From NCBI GenBank assembly GCA_951406725.2, contig OX597814.1, positions 51,894,001-51,958,000 of the forward strand: a DNA stretch of 64,000 nucleotides, read 5' to 3'. The stretch is from Octopus vulgaris (Eukaryota). The position numbers and the translations under genes are program-made. The stretch's first letter is position 1. Every line of letters begins with the position of its first letter. The notes below the pieces were generated by a model that saw only the letters and a list, made by a program, of their open reading frames with translations, ran no database searches and was not told where the DNA came from. This document shows, piece after piece, positions 40,871 to 53,800 of this stretch.

Positions 40871-41139
40871 CTCTATAACAACCCCTTTCTCTCATTTCAT
40901 GTAGAAATCCATACATACATGTTGATATGCATGATACTGAAATACATATATGTAGTTATATATAACCATATGAGCGGACATAGTTTGATACGTATATACG
41001 TATGTGTAGATGTATGTGTGTGTGTATATGTGTGTATGTGTTGTGTGTTACTGGATACTGGATGGTTTCCATGTTGAAGCTCCTAGGAGCTTGTTCACAA
41101 GTCATTATCCATTAGTACAATTAATTTGTCATGTGTCGT

Positions 41140-42137
41140 ACAACACTTCGACTGTTGTAGCTAATAGTAACAGACAGGGTCAAATTTTGCAGGAAGCTTC
41201 ATCCAGTGTTTGTCAAGCCTGTTCTAAGGCATTGACTGATGGAGCTGCGACCACACTGTTTGGCAGACTGTTCCAGGTGGTGGTCACATGCTGTACGAAA
41301 AAGCAGCTTCTTTTGTTGAGCCTGCAGTGTGATCTTTCCAATTTCAAGCTGTGTCCTCTCGTATTTCTGCTTTGGAAGTAGTTGAATCGGGGGCAGCTGG
41401 TCAGGTACTGGCTGTGTGTATACTTATACATGTTGATCATATCCCTGCTGAGACGTCGATGTTTGAGACGAGGCAGGTTTAGTGCAGCCAAGCGATCTGG
41501 ATATGGCTTTTCTTTCAAGGATGCAATGCGTTTGGTGGCATGCCTCTAAAGATCCTCCAACTCACAACACATTGCCTTATGCTGGGGTTGCCAAACTGTG
41601 TGTCCATATTCAAGAATCAGGTGAACTAGAGACTTGTACAGTTGGACGAAGACAACAGGGGTGATGAAATCAAATGATCGTTGGATGTCTCCAAGGATTC
41701 GGTTTGCTTTTGAGGTCGCTTGGTTTATGTAGTTCCTGAAGGTCAGCCTTTTGTCAATCAAGATGCCAAGATTCCCCCTCCACCTTACTTTCTACTAGCT
41801 CCACCACAGACCATTCCCCTTGTGCATCCTGGCCTCTCATGTAGTATTTCCTGTCTGTCTTTGGGTTCCCCACTCTCAAGACAGAACACAACTCAGGATG
41901 GAACTGCATTTGCCAGTTCGTCAACCACTCATGAAGGCAATCCAGATCATCATCATGCAGCGTTGCCATGGTCACATTAACATCATTCCTTGTGAAGATC
42001 TTTGTGTCATCATCAAATAACCTGACATGGCTCTGGACATACTGAGGCAGGTCGTTTATATACATGAGAAACAGTACTGGGCCAATGACACTGCCTTGTG
42101 GGATGCCACTTGTCACCTCTCCCCTCTCTGACTTCAT
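41140..42137 (-). mobile_element. CR1-group LINE RT C-terminal fragment
   Basis: SGIPQGSVIGPVLFLMYINDLP, LFDDDTK, LEYGHTVWQP, TRGHSLKL, TWNSLP. Confidence 0.9.
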
Positions 42138-45100
42138 GTATCATATATATATGACACATAGTGTCATATATATATGTATAGATGGATAACCATATATGTG
42201 TATACTTTAAGATTATATGTATATTTGTGAGTGTGTGTAAGTGTCTATATGATTGTGTGTACTTGTATATATGTATAAGTAAGGTTATATTTGCATATAT
42301 GTATCTAAGATGTTGTATCCATTCACCGTTAGACAGTGGTGAGAGGGACAAACGCACACACACACACATATATGTGTGTCTATATATATGTATATGTATG
42401 TGCGTGTGTATACAACTTTCAACAAAGTAAAAGTCATGTATACAACTTGAACAGACACAGATCAGTACATAAACATACGTTCACATGTACATACACATGT
42501 ACACACACAGAGACATGTCTACACACCTAAATACTCACGTAAACACATAAGTACATACATACATACATACATACATATCATGAAATAACTGTTACTTTCT
42601 CAGATGCAGCATGGAATTTTGTCGGTGAACAGGTCATGGTCTCAAAGCGGCAAAAATATTTTGACAAATTGAATTTAAATGTTGAAGTAAATCTAACGGT
42701 TTTTGTGTGTTTTAAAATGGCTTATAAACACCTTCCATGTTGCAATTGTTTTCATTCCTGTGCACGATCTTAGATCAGGTCACTTGCTATGCAAGTACAT
42801 CTCTGTAATAAAATAATAGATTCTTACAAATGTGGTTTGAAAATGGACAGTAATTCAAGTATAGAGAAGTAAGAATTTCAAATTACAATGAGTCTGTGAA
42901 GTCAACTGAGTAAGTCATGCTTTGTAGAAAATGTAGTGCGCAAAGTCTTTATGAATTGAAGTTCTTCTTTGAGTGCCTGACTGATAAGATTGAATAATGT
43001 TGCTGTGGTGAAAACGAGTGAAGGGGAGGAGGAAACTAAAATTAAAGAAAAAATACTGTGAAATGGTTTAACATTCAACTTAGACCTGTCCTCTCTTTTA
43101 GATAAGCTGAATTGAGGGCTTTATATAAAAAATATTCTAATGATTCCTATGGAGCTAACATTCATTGAAAAGAAAGTACATAGTGAAATAGCTTGTTAAT
43201 GCTTTGCATATTGGTACTTCACATTGTTACTCATTATGTGACAGATTGTGAAGCTGGTTAATAGTGAAGTTATAAGGAAAACTTTACTTTCTTTAATAAA
43301 GGCATAATTAATTTCTGTCAGAATAGTCCATTATTGTGTCAATTTGTTTCATGAATAATCACAAATTCCATCATGGTAATAACAAAGAATTCATTAGTTT
43401 GATCTGAATCACAACACTTAGCAGCAAAGAATGCTCCAAAGGAATTTAGATGTTTGTTGTCATTGGACTAGCAGCAAACACTTCCAGCAGAATGTGTACA
43501 TACTGAATTAGATATTGGTACCAAACAATTTTCAAAAGGAAGTAGGATTTTATTGTTGTTCCCTTGTGAAAAACTGTCAACCAATGCTAGCAGAAGACTG
43601 GGAAGAAGTAGTCAAATCTGATCCCAGGATGCTAGACATCATAAAAATGGTAAAAGATGATAATAAAAGGTGAAACACATTGTTGGAACTGATCCATCCA
43701 ACTCATGATAGCATGGAAGAGCATAACTAAAATCTTGATAATTGAAGCTTCCTATGCTGACATTTAATTTGATCTGTTGTCCTATAATGAGTGAATGACT
43801 AATTCAATGAACATCATGCTTTACTGCACCTTGCCACTAGTTATTGTCAATGATAGAAAACATGGGAAAGTTATGTACCAAAATGAAAGACAATATGAGC
43901 AAATTAAGCGCCAAAATGTAACATGACATGGGAGAATTATGTACCAAAATGTAAAATTCTAACCTAATTTAGGATACTTATCTTGAGCTATGATATTTCT
44001 ATTATGATTTTCTTATTTTACATTTTTCTCTGTTTCATAATTCAGCTAAATATGGCAAATATTATTTTTGTATCTCAACCATCAGCAATTCCTTAGTTAT
44101 ATGCCATTCCTAGAGTAAGCTACTAAAACGGAATATAATTACTTGAAAAATAGCTACAATAATGTTCTTTGTCAGGAATTATATATATATATATATATAA
44201 CAGGAATTTCAAAGTATTTTCTTGGAGACTGATTCCATTCTCTTTGACCACAACCAACCTCAGTAACCAAACTTAACTAAATTTATTGCATAATTGCAAC
44301 AATACAGCATATTTGAAACTGGTAATTCTGCATTGATCTATTTATGACTTGAGGCACTTATACATTTGTTTCCAGTCTTCTGGCCATGGGAAATATTACA
44401 TTACTTGGAAATATGCGAAGTTTGGTGGCAAGAAGAACATCCTGTCATAGAAAATCTGCCTCAACAAATTCTGTCTGACACATGCAAGCATAGAAAAGTG
44501 GGAATTAAAATAATGACGATGATGATGACGTAGGATTGTGTTTGACTTAAAATAGGGCTAAAATATTCCTTATACACCAAATCAATATCCAATTGGAACT
44601 TTTCTAGTGTAGCAAATCAATATACCATAATGTATTTACAGTAATAATATTAGTGCTAACATTAGGGATATTTGATTGTTACTCGTAGAAATCTATTTCA
44701 ATGGCAGGAAAACAAGGAAAATATTGACAATCTCTTAGAATTTGCACATCAATAGCTATCTCAACATTCTGTTTGAAAAGAAAGTGGGATGGAAGAAATA
44801 TGAAATCAGTTCAGACCACTTTTGAGTGTTTCATATGAAAAGTAAGAAAAAATGAATATATCAAGTATATACATTGATGTGGGAAGTAACAGTATAATAG
44901 TACTTCATATTACATGTGACTGTTGGTCACACTGATTTTGAAAGAGTTCTGGAGACAGAATACTTTGTAAATCAAAATATGCAGGTATTAATCTTAATAG
45001 ACAACAAAAACAATGAGAGAAATATCATTTCTTTGATGAAAAACATTACAACACTGAATACTTTGAAGGAAATACTAATAAAGTAAGAACTAGCAATAAA

Positions 45101-45661
45101 ATAGCTCTTAGATGTGCGTCATCTAGGAAAATAGTTATTCTGAAATAAAACTGATTTAGAGCAAGATTCTAGAAACTTTAGACAATTTCTCTGCCATACA
45201 AAAAATACATGCTCCTCTCAGAGGTTAGCAATACTAAAGTATCCATTCAAATTCTTTTTTGCTGGTTTCAGTAATTAAATAGTAGCAATACCGGGGCATA
45301 TTTTTCAAATATTTTAATCCACCTATTATTCTGTCTGATATTCATTTTGTCAATTTTGATAAAGAAGAAAGGGAAAAGGGACATAACTACAACAAATCAA
45401 AGTACAAGGTTTTTTTTTTTTTTGATGCACCAGTTTTGCACCTCATGCTGAAATATATGCACAGGCATGGCTGTGTGTTAAGACATTTGCTTTTCGACCA
45501 AATGGTTTGTAAGCAGAGTCAGCCCTTTAAAATAAATTTGTTCTAATGTCTGCAATGTGCTATTAACTCATTTTTTCTAGTGAGTAAGCATAAGCATATT
45601 TGCTAGATAATTATGTGGTATTTTTCTGTAGTGCATAAGAGACATGTGTTGTAATCATATA

Positions 45662-46715
45662 CATAAGGGATGGTATTGTCTATGATTGCCCAAGTTATAT
45701 TTTACATATTTCTCCTTTAGGTCCCAAAATGAGCTTTGATAGAGATAAATTGTGGTTGGGAGATAACAGTTTACTTAAAGTATCTGCCCTCAACTTCCAC
45801 CAAGGCCTCCAGAGGGCTCTGGAACCTGGTACATGCACTCCTCATTGTGTCCCTGAGATCTTCAAACACCTCTTTGGTCTTGGCCACCAGATCAACCTTG
45901 GTGTTGCAGGCAGAGTGGTTAGTGTCTTTCACAACTGTGCTTTATACACAGTAATCCACGGGATTTCAATTAGAGGAATTAGGTAGCCAGAAATTGGGGG
46001 TTGTAGAAATTCTTTGACAACCACTTCTGACTCTTTCCAGAGGTATGACAAGGAACTGAATCCTGCTGCCACACATATGGCTTTCCAGCAGCAACTCATA
46101 GTCTCCAGCAGCTTCACGTAGCTGCCTGAAGTGAGCCTAAGGCTCTATTCAAAGATGTGGAGCGGCATTATGTCATCCTCACTAGAGAACATCACAGTTT
46201 GGGAGAACTTGGTTTTTATGATATGTGGGATATCACATGGATTGTAGGCAAGCCACCTGTAGTTCTGGATGTTGTGTAACTGATCCTGGCAGATGTTCTT
46301 TTCTTCTGAGAAGAACCAGATCATCCCTGGCTCAACAGGATGCCTCAGCTTTTCCAGTGGTTTCTTTGCCTTCGACTAGCAGTCCCCTTTGGTCTTGGCT
46401 GTCAGAATTTATCCCTTATATCTCTTGTATGAATGATAGCAAAAGCCCTCATTCAGGGCTAACTTCATGGAGATGACAAACACTCATCTCTTGCCAAAGC
46501 CCAAATTTCCATGCTCATTTTGTCCTGCAGTTGTTAGATAAATTCTGGTGTGTGAATGCAGTCACAACACATGCTGTGTCCTTTCCTGCTGGCCATAGCT
46601 TCATGGTCTCCATTGCAGATGTCCATATCATTTTCTTACAGCCTTTACAGTGTTCACAAAACACTGGTCAGCAGTCATGATGCTGATATTTTGATATTGG
46701 GTGTGAATTGTCATG
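45662..46715 (-). mobile_element. Decayed Tc1/mariner-superfamily transposon, probably maT (DD37D)
   Basis: Minus strand reads GKPYVWQQDSVPCHT and, after a frameshift, WLPNSSN*NPVDY, resembling the QQD..APxH / WPPxSPDLNPLD motifs. Boundaries approximate. Confidence 0.6.
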
Positions 46716-46779
46716 ATACAAGTAATTCTTTCCCAGTATTCAAATGACTTTCAGTCTTCCATGTCAGGTGACTTTTCCT

Positions 46780-49217
46780 CAACAACACCTTTAATTTTAT
46801 GCTCTCCAATGCCATTTACTCAAAATGGAAGATATAATTCCTGGAGGACTGGGTCGATGCCCATCCAAACCACATCATTTTCTTTGTCCTCACTGAAACC
46901 CATCTTAGTAACCTTCACCTGGAAGCCGAGGTGAAAGTTAAAAATTTCAAAGCCATTCGTGCTGATCGTGCTGGCAGAAGAAAGGGTGGGACTGCCATTT
47001 ATGTTCTTGATTCATTCTCAACAGAAGCTATGAACATATTTTCCAATGGATACTGCGAAGCAGTCACTGTATTCAGTCAAACCAACAACTTAAGAGTAGT
47101 TGGGCTCTACAGACCACCCCAAACGCCCCTACCATGCTTCAAGGAATGCCTCAACAACATAAAGTGTTTCATTCAGCAGTGTCAACCTGACAACATTTTA
47201 ATGATGGGAGACTTCAACCTTCCCAGGGTTGACTGGTCTACAAACAGTCTGCCGCCAGGTTCTTCTCCCTCAACCCCTGACAGGGGGGCAGTGGAATCGC
47301 TTCTTGACTTCATGAATGATTTCTTCCTGTCCCAACTGGTGCTCGAACCAACGAGATGTCACAAAAACGTCTTAGACTTAATTTTCCGCAATCACACTGA
47401 TACTATCCACAATATTGCAGTGGAGAAAACCCTACTCTCTGATCATGACATGGTTCTCTGATCTGAGATTTCAACGGTCAAAATGCAAAACAAATGTCAT
47501 CCCTCCTGTTCATACATTTGACACTATGGATTTCCACAATGCAAACTGGGAAGCGATCAATAATGATCTTGCACAAGTCGATTGGTCCTTCACGCACACA
47601 TACACACCCACTAACATCAAAAACATCAAAAAGTCCTGGCAGTCATTTGTAGACACCATTACAAACATATGTGCAAAACACACCCCATTTAAGATCTGCA
47701 AACAAATCTAAGTGTCGAATCCCCAGAAATAGAAAATCTCTCATCAGGAAAATTAAAAGAATCAACAAAAAAATCAACAAGCTGAAATACTGTCAACAGC
47801 AACACACCAACCTGACTGCCATCTCGTCGCTAGAGATTAAAAAACAAACTCCAAAACAACATGATGTCTATCATCAATAGTCAGAGAAGAGCTGAAGAGG
47901 CCTGGGCCATTGAGAAGATCAAACTCAATCCCAAAGTGTTCTTTTCATTTGCAAAAAAACACAGAGTCACTGGTTCTACTGTTGGCCCTCTGATTGATGA
48001 AAATGGTACTCTCCAAGACAATGCCAAAACCATGGGAGAGATATTGCAGAAACAATATTGCTCTGTTTTCAGCAATCCTGATATGACTGATCTGGGCTGT
48101 ATCAGTGATGTTACTCCCCAATATACTTTATCGGACAAAACCTTTGGCGCTCCTGATGTCTTAGCAGCAATAAAGGAAATGAAGCATAATTCAGCAGTAG
48201 GTCCCGTAGGTTCCCTGCTTGTATCTTGAAGATGTGTCAACACCAACTTGCACCCCCTCTAGCCAATCTGTGGCGGAACTCACTGGATGCAGGATATATA
48301 CCAGAAGACCTTCTATCCCAGTCTGCTGTCCCAGTTTTCAAAAAGGAAACAAATCGCTTGCCGTGAATTACCGTCCAATCTCACTCACCTCTCACATCAT
48401 TAAGGTATTTGAGAGAGTGCTGAGATCGCGTATAACTCACTTCCTTGAGAGTCATAATATGCTGAATTCCAACCAGCATGGATTTCGTAATGGAAGAGAT
48501 TGCCTGACGCAGCTACTGCATCATTTTGATGACATTTTGAGAGCCTTGATTTCAGCAAGGCCTTTGACAGAGTTGATCATAAGATCCTTTTGAGAAAACT
48601 GTCCAATATTGGTGTCACTGGAAAGCTGCTGCAGTGGATCAAGTGCTTCCTGTCTAACAGAACCCAACATGTTGTAGTCAAATCCAGCCCAGCCAGGAGT
48701 CAAATCCAGCCCAGCCAAAGTCAGCAGTGGTGTCCCACAAGGCACTGTGTTGGGCCCACTTCTTTTCATCATCTACTTAAATGATATTACTGACACCATC
48801 AAACAAAGTAACATCAGAACCTTCGCTGATAATTCCAAGCTCCAGAAGGTCATCAATGGCGTGGATGGCCGAATAAGCCTTCAGTCAGACCTACTGGCTG
48901 TTGTCCAATGAGCGGAAAGGAACAACATGTTGCTAAACGAAGACAAATTTGAACTGATCCACTTTGGAAGGGAGGACGCTCTGAAACTCCCATACACCCT
49001 TCCTTCTGGAGAAATTCTCATGGCATCTAACAACATCAGACACTTGGGAGTAACAGTGGGCAACAACATAAGCTGGGCTACACATATAAGCAGCAAAGTT
49101 GACATGGCCCGCAGAATGTGTTCCTGGATTCTCAGAACCTTCCAGTCGAGAGATTCCCACACCATTATCCTTCTCTTCCCCACTTTTGCCCGACCCCACC
49201 TTGAATACTGCTGTCCA
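46780..49217 (+). mobile_element. CR1-group LINE ORF2 (APE endonuclease and RT), frameshifted and 3'-truncated
   Basis: RADR..GGTAIYV, LYRPP, MGDFNLP, LDLIF, SDH (APE); NYRPISLTS, QHGFR, DFSKAFD, GVPQGTVLGPLLF, FADN, HLGV, RPHLEYC (RT). Confidence 0.93.
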
Positions 49218-49490
49218 ATATCAGTGTCAATCGACACTGGAAAAAGTATATGTATTTGTGAAAGGAGCTGACTTCTCGTCGACAACCATGATTGTCACAC
49301 GCTGGTGATAGGTAAACACCTTTAAACTCGAGTCTGTGTGTATCATGAGTTGAAGACGGGGAGGACTGACTTCCAGATACTCACAGATAGTGTGTCTATA
49401 GCCAGCTGGAGGAGATATCTTCCTGGGGCTACAAACTACAGTAGCATCCACCCTTAGGGGTTAGCCATATTCAAATGGCAAATATGCGTC
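49218..49490. repeat. Unclassified GC-richer repeat fragment
   Basis: Abruptly replaces the CR1 RT and abuts the (TA/GATA)n tract. Possibly the 5' end of a second Hero-like copy (inference). Confidence 0.35.
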
Positions 49491-49515
49491 ACTATATATA
49501 TATAGATATATAGAT

Positions 49516-49548
<33 letters not shown>

Positions 49549-49574
49549 TATATATATATAGATAGATATATATA

Positions 49575-50117
49575 TCTTGCAAACAACTTGCACATGCAAG
49601 TGCTACCAGTTAAAAGCTCCATATATCGGAAGCTAGCAAGTGTATGGGGTCATCAGGAGAGAATGCGCGCCGTTTCGGGGCCTACCTCTCGACGGCATCA
49701 ATGCGCACCGGCCCCCCTCACTGATATGAGGCCCCGCTTGCTAGATCAGCTGGTTATGAAGAACTCAATATACTTCTAGCCATCGCTCATCGTCTCTTTT
49801 TACCCAAACCAGTGGCTAGCCTTCTCCACTGTAGATTGGATATCAGTCATGGTGGTATTGACTTTACGATGAGTTAGGCCTAACGATAACAACAGTCGTC
49901 TCACGCTGTGTCCTACAAACCCTCTACATCCGACTTTGATAGGAAAATATTCCGCTTTCCAGCCTACGTCTTCACACTCCTCGAGGAGGTTTTCCTAATG
50001 GTTTAATTTTCGAGCTCGAGCGGCGTCCATATTATCTTCGTGAGGAACCGTTAGCTCGACTATATTTACAACTTTCTTTATTTCACACCACATCAAAATA
50101 TCTGGTTTTTTCGAAAC
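49575..50117 (-). mobile_element. RLE-type (Hero/NeSL/R2-like) non-LTR retrotransposon 3' fragment in a microsatellite
   Basis: KPDILMW..KKVVNIVELTVPHEDN..ARARK..LEEC...GWKAEYFPIKVGCRGF...ASHW-WVKRDDERWLEVY* is a PD-(D/E)xK endonuclease C-terminus. Stop at 49765-49767, 3' UTR to about 49575, (TA)/(GATA)n on both sides. Confidence 0.85.
49633..49744 (-). ncRNA. Candidate permuted/pseudoknotted hammerhead-like ribozyme in the RLE retrotransposon 3' UTR
   Basis: CUAGCAAG-c-GGGG-CCUCA-uaucag-UGAGG-GGGGCC-g-GUGCGC-auugau-GCCGU-C-GAGAGG-ua-GGCCCC-GAA-ACGGC-GCGCAU-UCUCUC-CUGAUGA-CCCC-auaca-CUUGCUAG. Every capitalised arm has a complementary partner and the core motifs GUC, GAAA and CUGAUGA are intact. 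Confidence 0.6.
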
Positions 50118-50609
50118 TATATATATAGATATATAGATATATAGATAGATAGATATCTCACTCACACACATACATACACACTCACACACACACATACACA
50201 CACACATATATATACACACATATATAATGAGAATATGGATTGTGTATAAATGGTTTTGAATGTCCCACTTGTCATACCAATATAGTTTTTTTCTTCCACC
50301 AATGCTATTGTTTTGTAGATTATATCTTTTATGCAATGGGTTTCTAGATGTTCAGTTATTTATGGTGTGAATGGTTTTTGGCTTCCTGTGTAGCTGTAGC
50401 TAGTTTTTGTGCTATAGAGAAGCATTTGCAGATTAAGGAAGTTTTTAGATCTGAGATTGAACAACCACAACTTAAAGTACATTTCTCAAGGCTGACATAA
50501 CATTTCAAAAGTAAATATACAGAGAAAAGAACAAATGTGAAGGAAAAAGTTTAGGCTATTTGTTGTCTTACTAAATAAATTGAAACATAAATGAACTAAA
50601 TTTACATGG

Positions 50610-51905
50610 TACTATAAAAAGAAAACTACATCACATATCAATTCAGCATCTAGTCTTCTTCAAAGTAGTCCTTTGCTGAAGCCACACACTTTACCCAGCA
50701 GCATTTCCCTGGATGGAAGCATTTCTGGAACTTCATTTCTGGGATAGGGAGCAGCTGCCTCATCACATTTTCTTGGATTACTTTGGCATCTCAAAACCTT
50801 ATTCCTTTCAAGTGGGATTTGACTTTTGGAAAGACGGAAATGTTACAAGGGGCGAGATCTGGGGAATATGCTAGTTGTAGGACATGGGAAATGTTGTACT
50901 TGACCAAAAACTGCTGCACAAGCTGTGCTGAATGGGTAGGTTCACTGTCATGGTGGAGCTGCCATTCACCAGATGCATGCAATTCTGCCCTTTTCTGACA
51001 AACAACATCCCACAAATGCTGTAACATGTTATGGTAATACTCCTTGTTTACTGACTAACCTGGTGGAACATACACATGATGAACAATACCCCTGTAGTCG
51101 AAGAAAACTGTCAACATTGTCTTCCTTTTGCTTCACCTCAGTCATGTTTTCTTTGATGTTGGAGAGGTTGGGGGTCTTCCACAGTGAAGACTGAGCCTTT
51201 GTTTCAGGGTTATAGCCATAGACCCACAATTCATCACCTGTTATGACCATTTTCAAAAAGTTTTCATCTTCCTTGACACAGCCAAGGAGATCCTGTGCAA
51301 CTAAAACCTGATCTTATTTCAGGTTGAGTGAAAGCAGTTTTGGAACAAACTTGGCAAACACACATCTCAAACCCAAATCTTAACTAGAAATGAACTGAAC
51401 TGAACTATAGTTAATATTCACATCCTCTGGCAACTCATGCACAACAATTTGATGGTCTTTACAAACAGCTGCATAGACATCAGTGATGTTTTTACCAGTT
51501 CTGCTGGTTGTGGGTCTCCAAGAACAAGCAGTGTCATTGTTGACATTTTGTCAGTCATCTTGGAAACATTTAAACCACTCATCAATCATTCCTCCACATA
51601 CAGTCTCTGCAACTTTGTATAGGTCTCTGTCCAGGTGTCACCAAGCCTTTTGCAAAATTTGATGCAGATTCTCTGATCAATTTTCTCTGCCATAGTCACT
51701 GATGAAACCCCTCTAGTGTGGTGGGATGACCACATTCTACACACTTTACCTCCAAACATTACTATAAATGATAGAAGTGAATAAGAATGTTATAACTTAG
51801 TGTGCATGTGAATCAAAGTTTAAGGTCAGTTTGTGCCAAGCTGCTTCACTATACTTTAGCTTTGATACCATAGCAACATTCCTGATACTTTTTGATTAGA
51901 CCTTG
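50610..51905 (-). mobile_element. Second defective mariner copy, same family as 37857-39145
   Basis: VITGDELWVYGYNPETKAQSSLWK, WQLHHD, YSPDLAPC. Right TIR ctgatactttttgattagacc; left end eroded. Confidence 0.88.
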
Positions 51906-53179
51906 TCAGCAACAGAAGTAACAGATACTAAAACCATCTTTAAAAAGCTTTCACGGTTCCATAATGTACATATGAATAAAATATTTCTCTACATTGCTAG
52001 AAAAAGTAGTAGTGATTAAACAATGAGCACAGATGTAGATTCCTGCATACATTAATAAATACAAAAATGAAAAATAACAGGTGCATGAAAACATATTCAC
52101 ATATGTATGCATGTGTTATCTTTCAATCATTTGAATTCTTCATATAATGCAGAAACTGTTTCTAATGAAGAAACAAAGCTTCATTGTTGGAAATTAGATA
52201 ACAATGCTAAAGAGCTACATGTTGAACTTTAAGAAATGCCTTCCATATTTTTACTGTTTTACAGATTGTATTTGCAAAGAGTGCATTAGCTGATCTTTTT
52301 GTTTGAAACCCCCAGTTTTTTTAGCTTGCTACTTAGACAATTACCAACATTGTGTTCTTCTTTTATATGTATGTATATGTATCAGTATTCTGGACAATAA
52401 AAGCAACTTTAATATAGAACAAATATCAAAGTCTAGGAATGAATACCAATTCTTCAATATGTCAACACAATATAGCATAACCACCCCCAACCGCTTTTGA
52501 TAGTGACATTATGGTTATTTTTCTCTGTTTGTATACATGTTGATAGTAAGCATATATTGGAGGAACAGCAGAAGACAGCACTATTGTGATACAGTGACCA
52601 CTATTCTAGGTAAAATTCTATTTTAGTTTCATTATATTACTAACCTTCACTGATAGGTACAGGAATAAAGAACAACGCATTAGTGTGAATGGAAAGTTCA
52701 GTGTGTGCATGCTGAACAGGAATATATGTTTGTATAATTGTAAAAAAAATGTAACATTATGTATGCAACATGCATAGTTTATATGCATGACTAGCTATTA
52801 CAAAAAATGAATATATGTACACATCAGTGTAAATCTATAGAAGATTGTAACAGGAAAGCAAGGCACCCTTAGATGAATAGAGAAATACGTGTGTTCATTG
52901 CCTGTGTACTTTCTCATGTTTATATATTTATCCATAGGTGTGTGTTTGTGCATAATGTACTTATGTGTATGTATGCAGACCTCTGTGTATACATACTTGC
53001 ATGCACATGTCTGTGTGTATATGTGTATTCATGTGTGTGTGGTGAGTCAAGCTGCAACGTTATTATTGTTGTTGTAAGCAGCAGCAACAACTTTACCATT
53101 TTTTATTTGCTACTAAAAGAACAAACACAAAAATATTACAATGAAATTTTTTTTTTTAAGCTTGTTGATAGCAGGCAAA

Positions 53180-53800
53180 AAACTATAAACTGAACTCTGC
53201 CTGGACGACATGCTTAGTAGTATTTCACCCTTCGCTATGTTCAGAGTTCAAATTTTGCCAAGGTTGACCTTGCCTTTCATCCTTTTGGGTTGATAAATTA
53301 AGTATCAGTGAAACACAGAGGTGGGGGTCAATGTAACTGGCTAGTCCCATCCTCCAAAATTTCAAACTTTGAGCCTTTACTAGAAAAAATTATAATTATT
53401 ATCAAGGTGGCAAGCTGGCAAAATCGTTAGTGCCTCGGGCAAAATACTTAACGGTATTTCGGCCGTCTTTACATTCTGAGTTCAAATTTTGTTGAGATCA
53501 ACTTTGCCTTTCATCCTTTTGGAGTCAATAAATTAAGTTTCAACTGATTACTGGGATCGATGTAATTGACTTATCCACTTCCCCCAAATTGCTGGCCTTG
53601 TACCAAAATTTGAAAAAATTATTTATTATCACAAGGGCAGTGAACTGATAGAGTTAGTATAATATCAGACAAAATAGTGTGTGGTATTTAATTACACTCC
53701 TTTACATTCTGAGTTTAAGTTACACTGAAGTCAACTTTGCATTTCCTATTTTCAAAGTTCAAATATTGAGATAGATATAATTGACTATACCAATTCTTTA
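53180..53800 (+). mobile_element. Three head-to-tail tRNA-SINE copies
   Basis: Three successive gagtt(c/t)aa...aa(c/g)t(t)tgc(c/a)tttc blocks at about 53245, 53480 and 53712, same family as 2617-2851. Confidence 0.75.

Noticed and set aside
40851-41000. Expected hammerhead downstream of the Penelope GIY-YIG ORF
   Set aside because: No CUGANGA/GAAA pair visible; the copy seems truncated before its pseudo-LTR.
51685-51745. CTGATGA inside the second mariner
   Set aside because: No correctly placed GAAA, NUH or supporting stems.
53097-53112. 16-nt minus-strand microexon candidate (ANKKW)
   Set aside because: Weak donor and poorer similarity than the 54369-54384 candidate; expected by chance in AT-rich DNA.
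53403-53490. tRNA gene-like sequence
   Set aside because: It is a SINE head: continues into the shared SINE body and lacks a complete cloverleaf.
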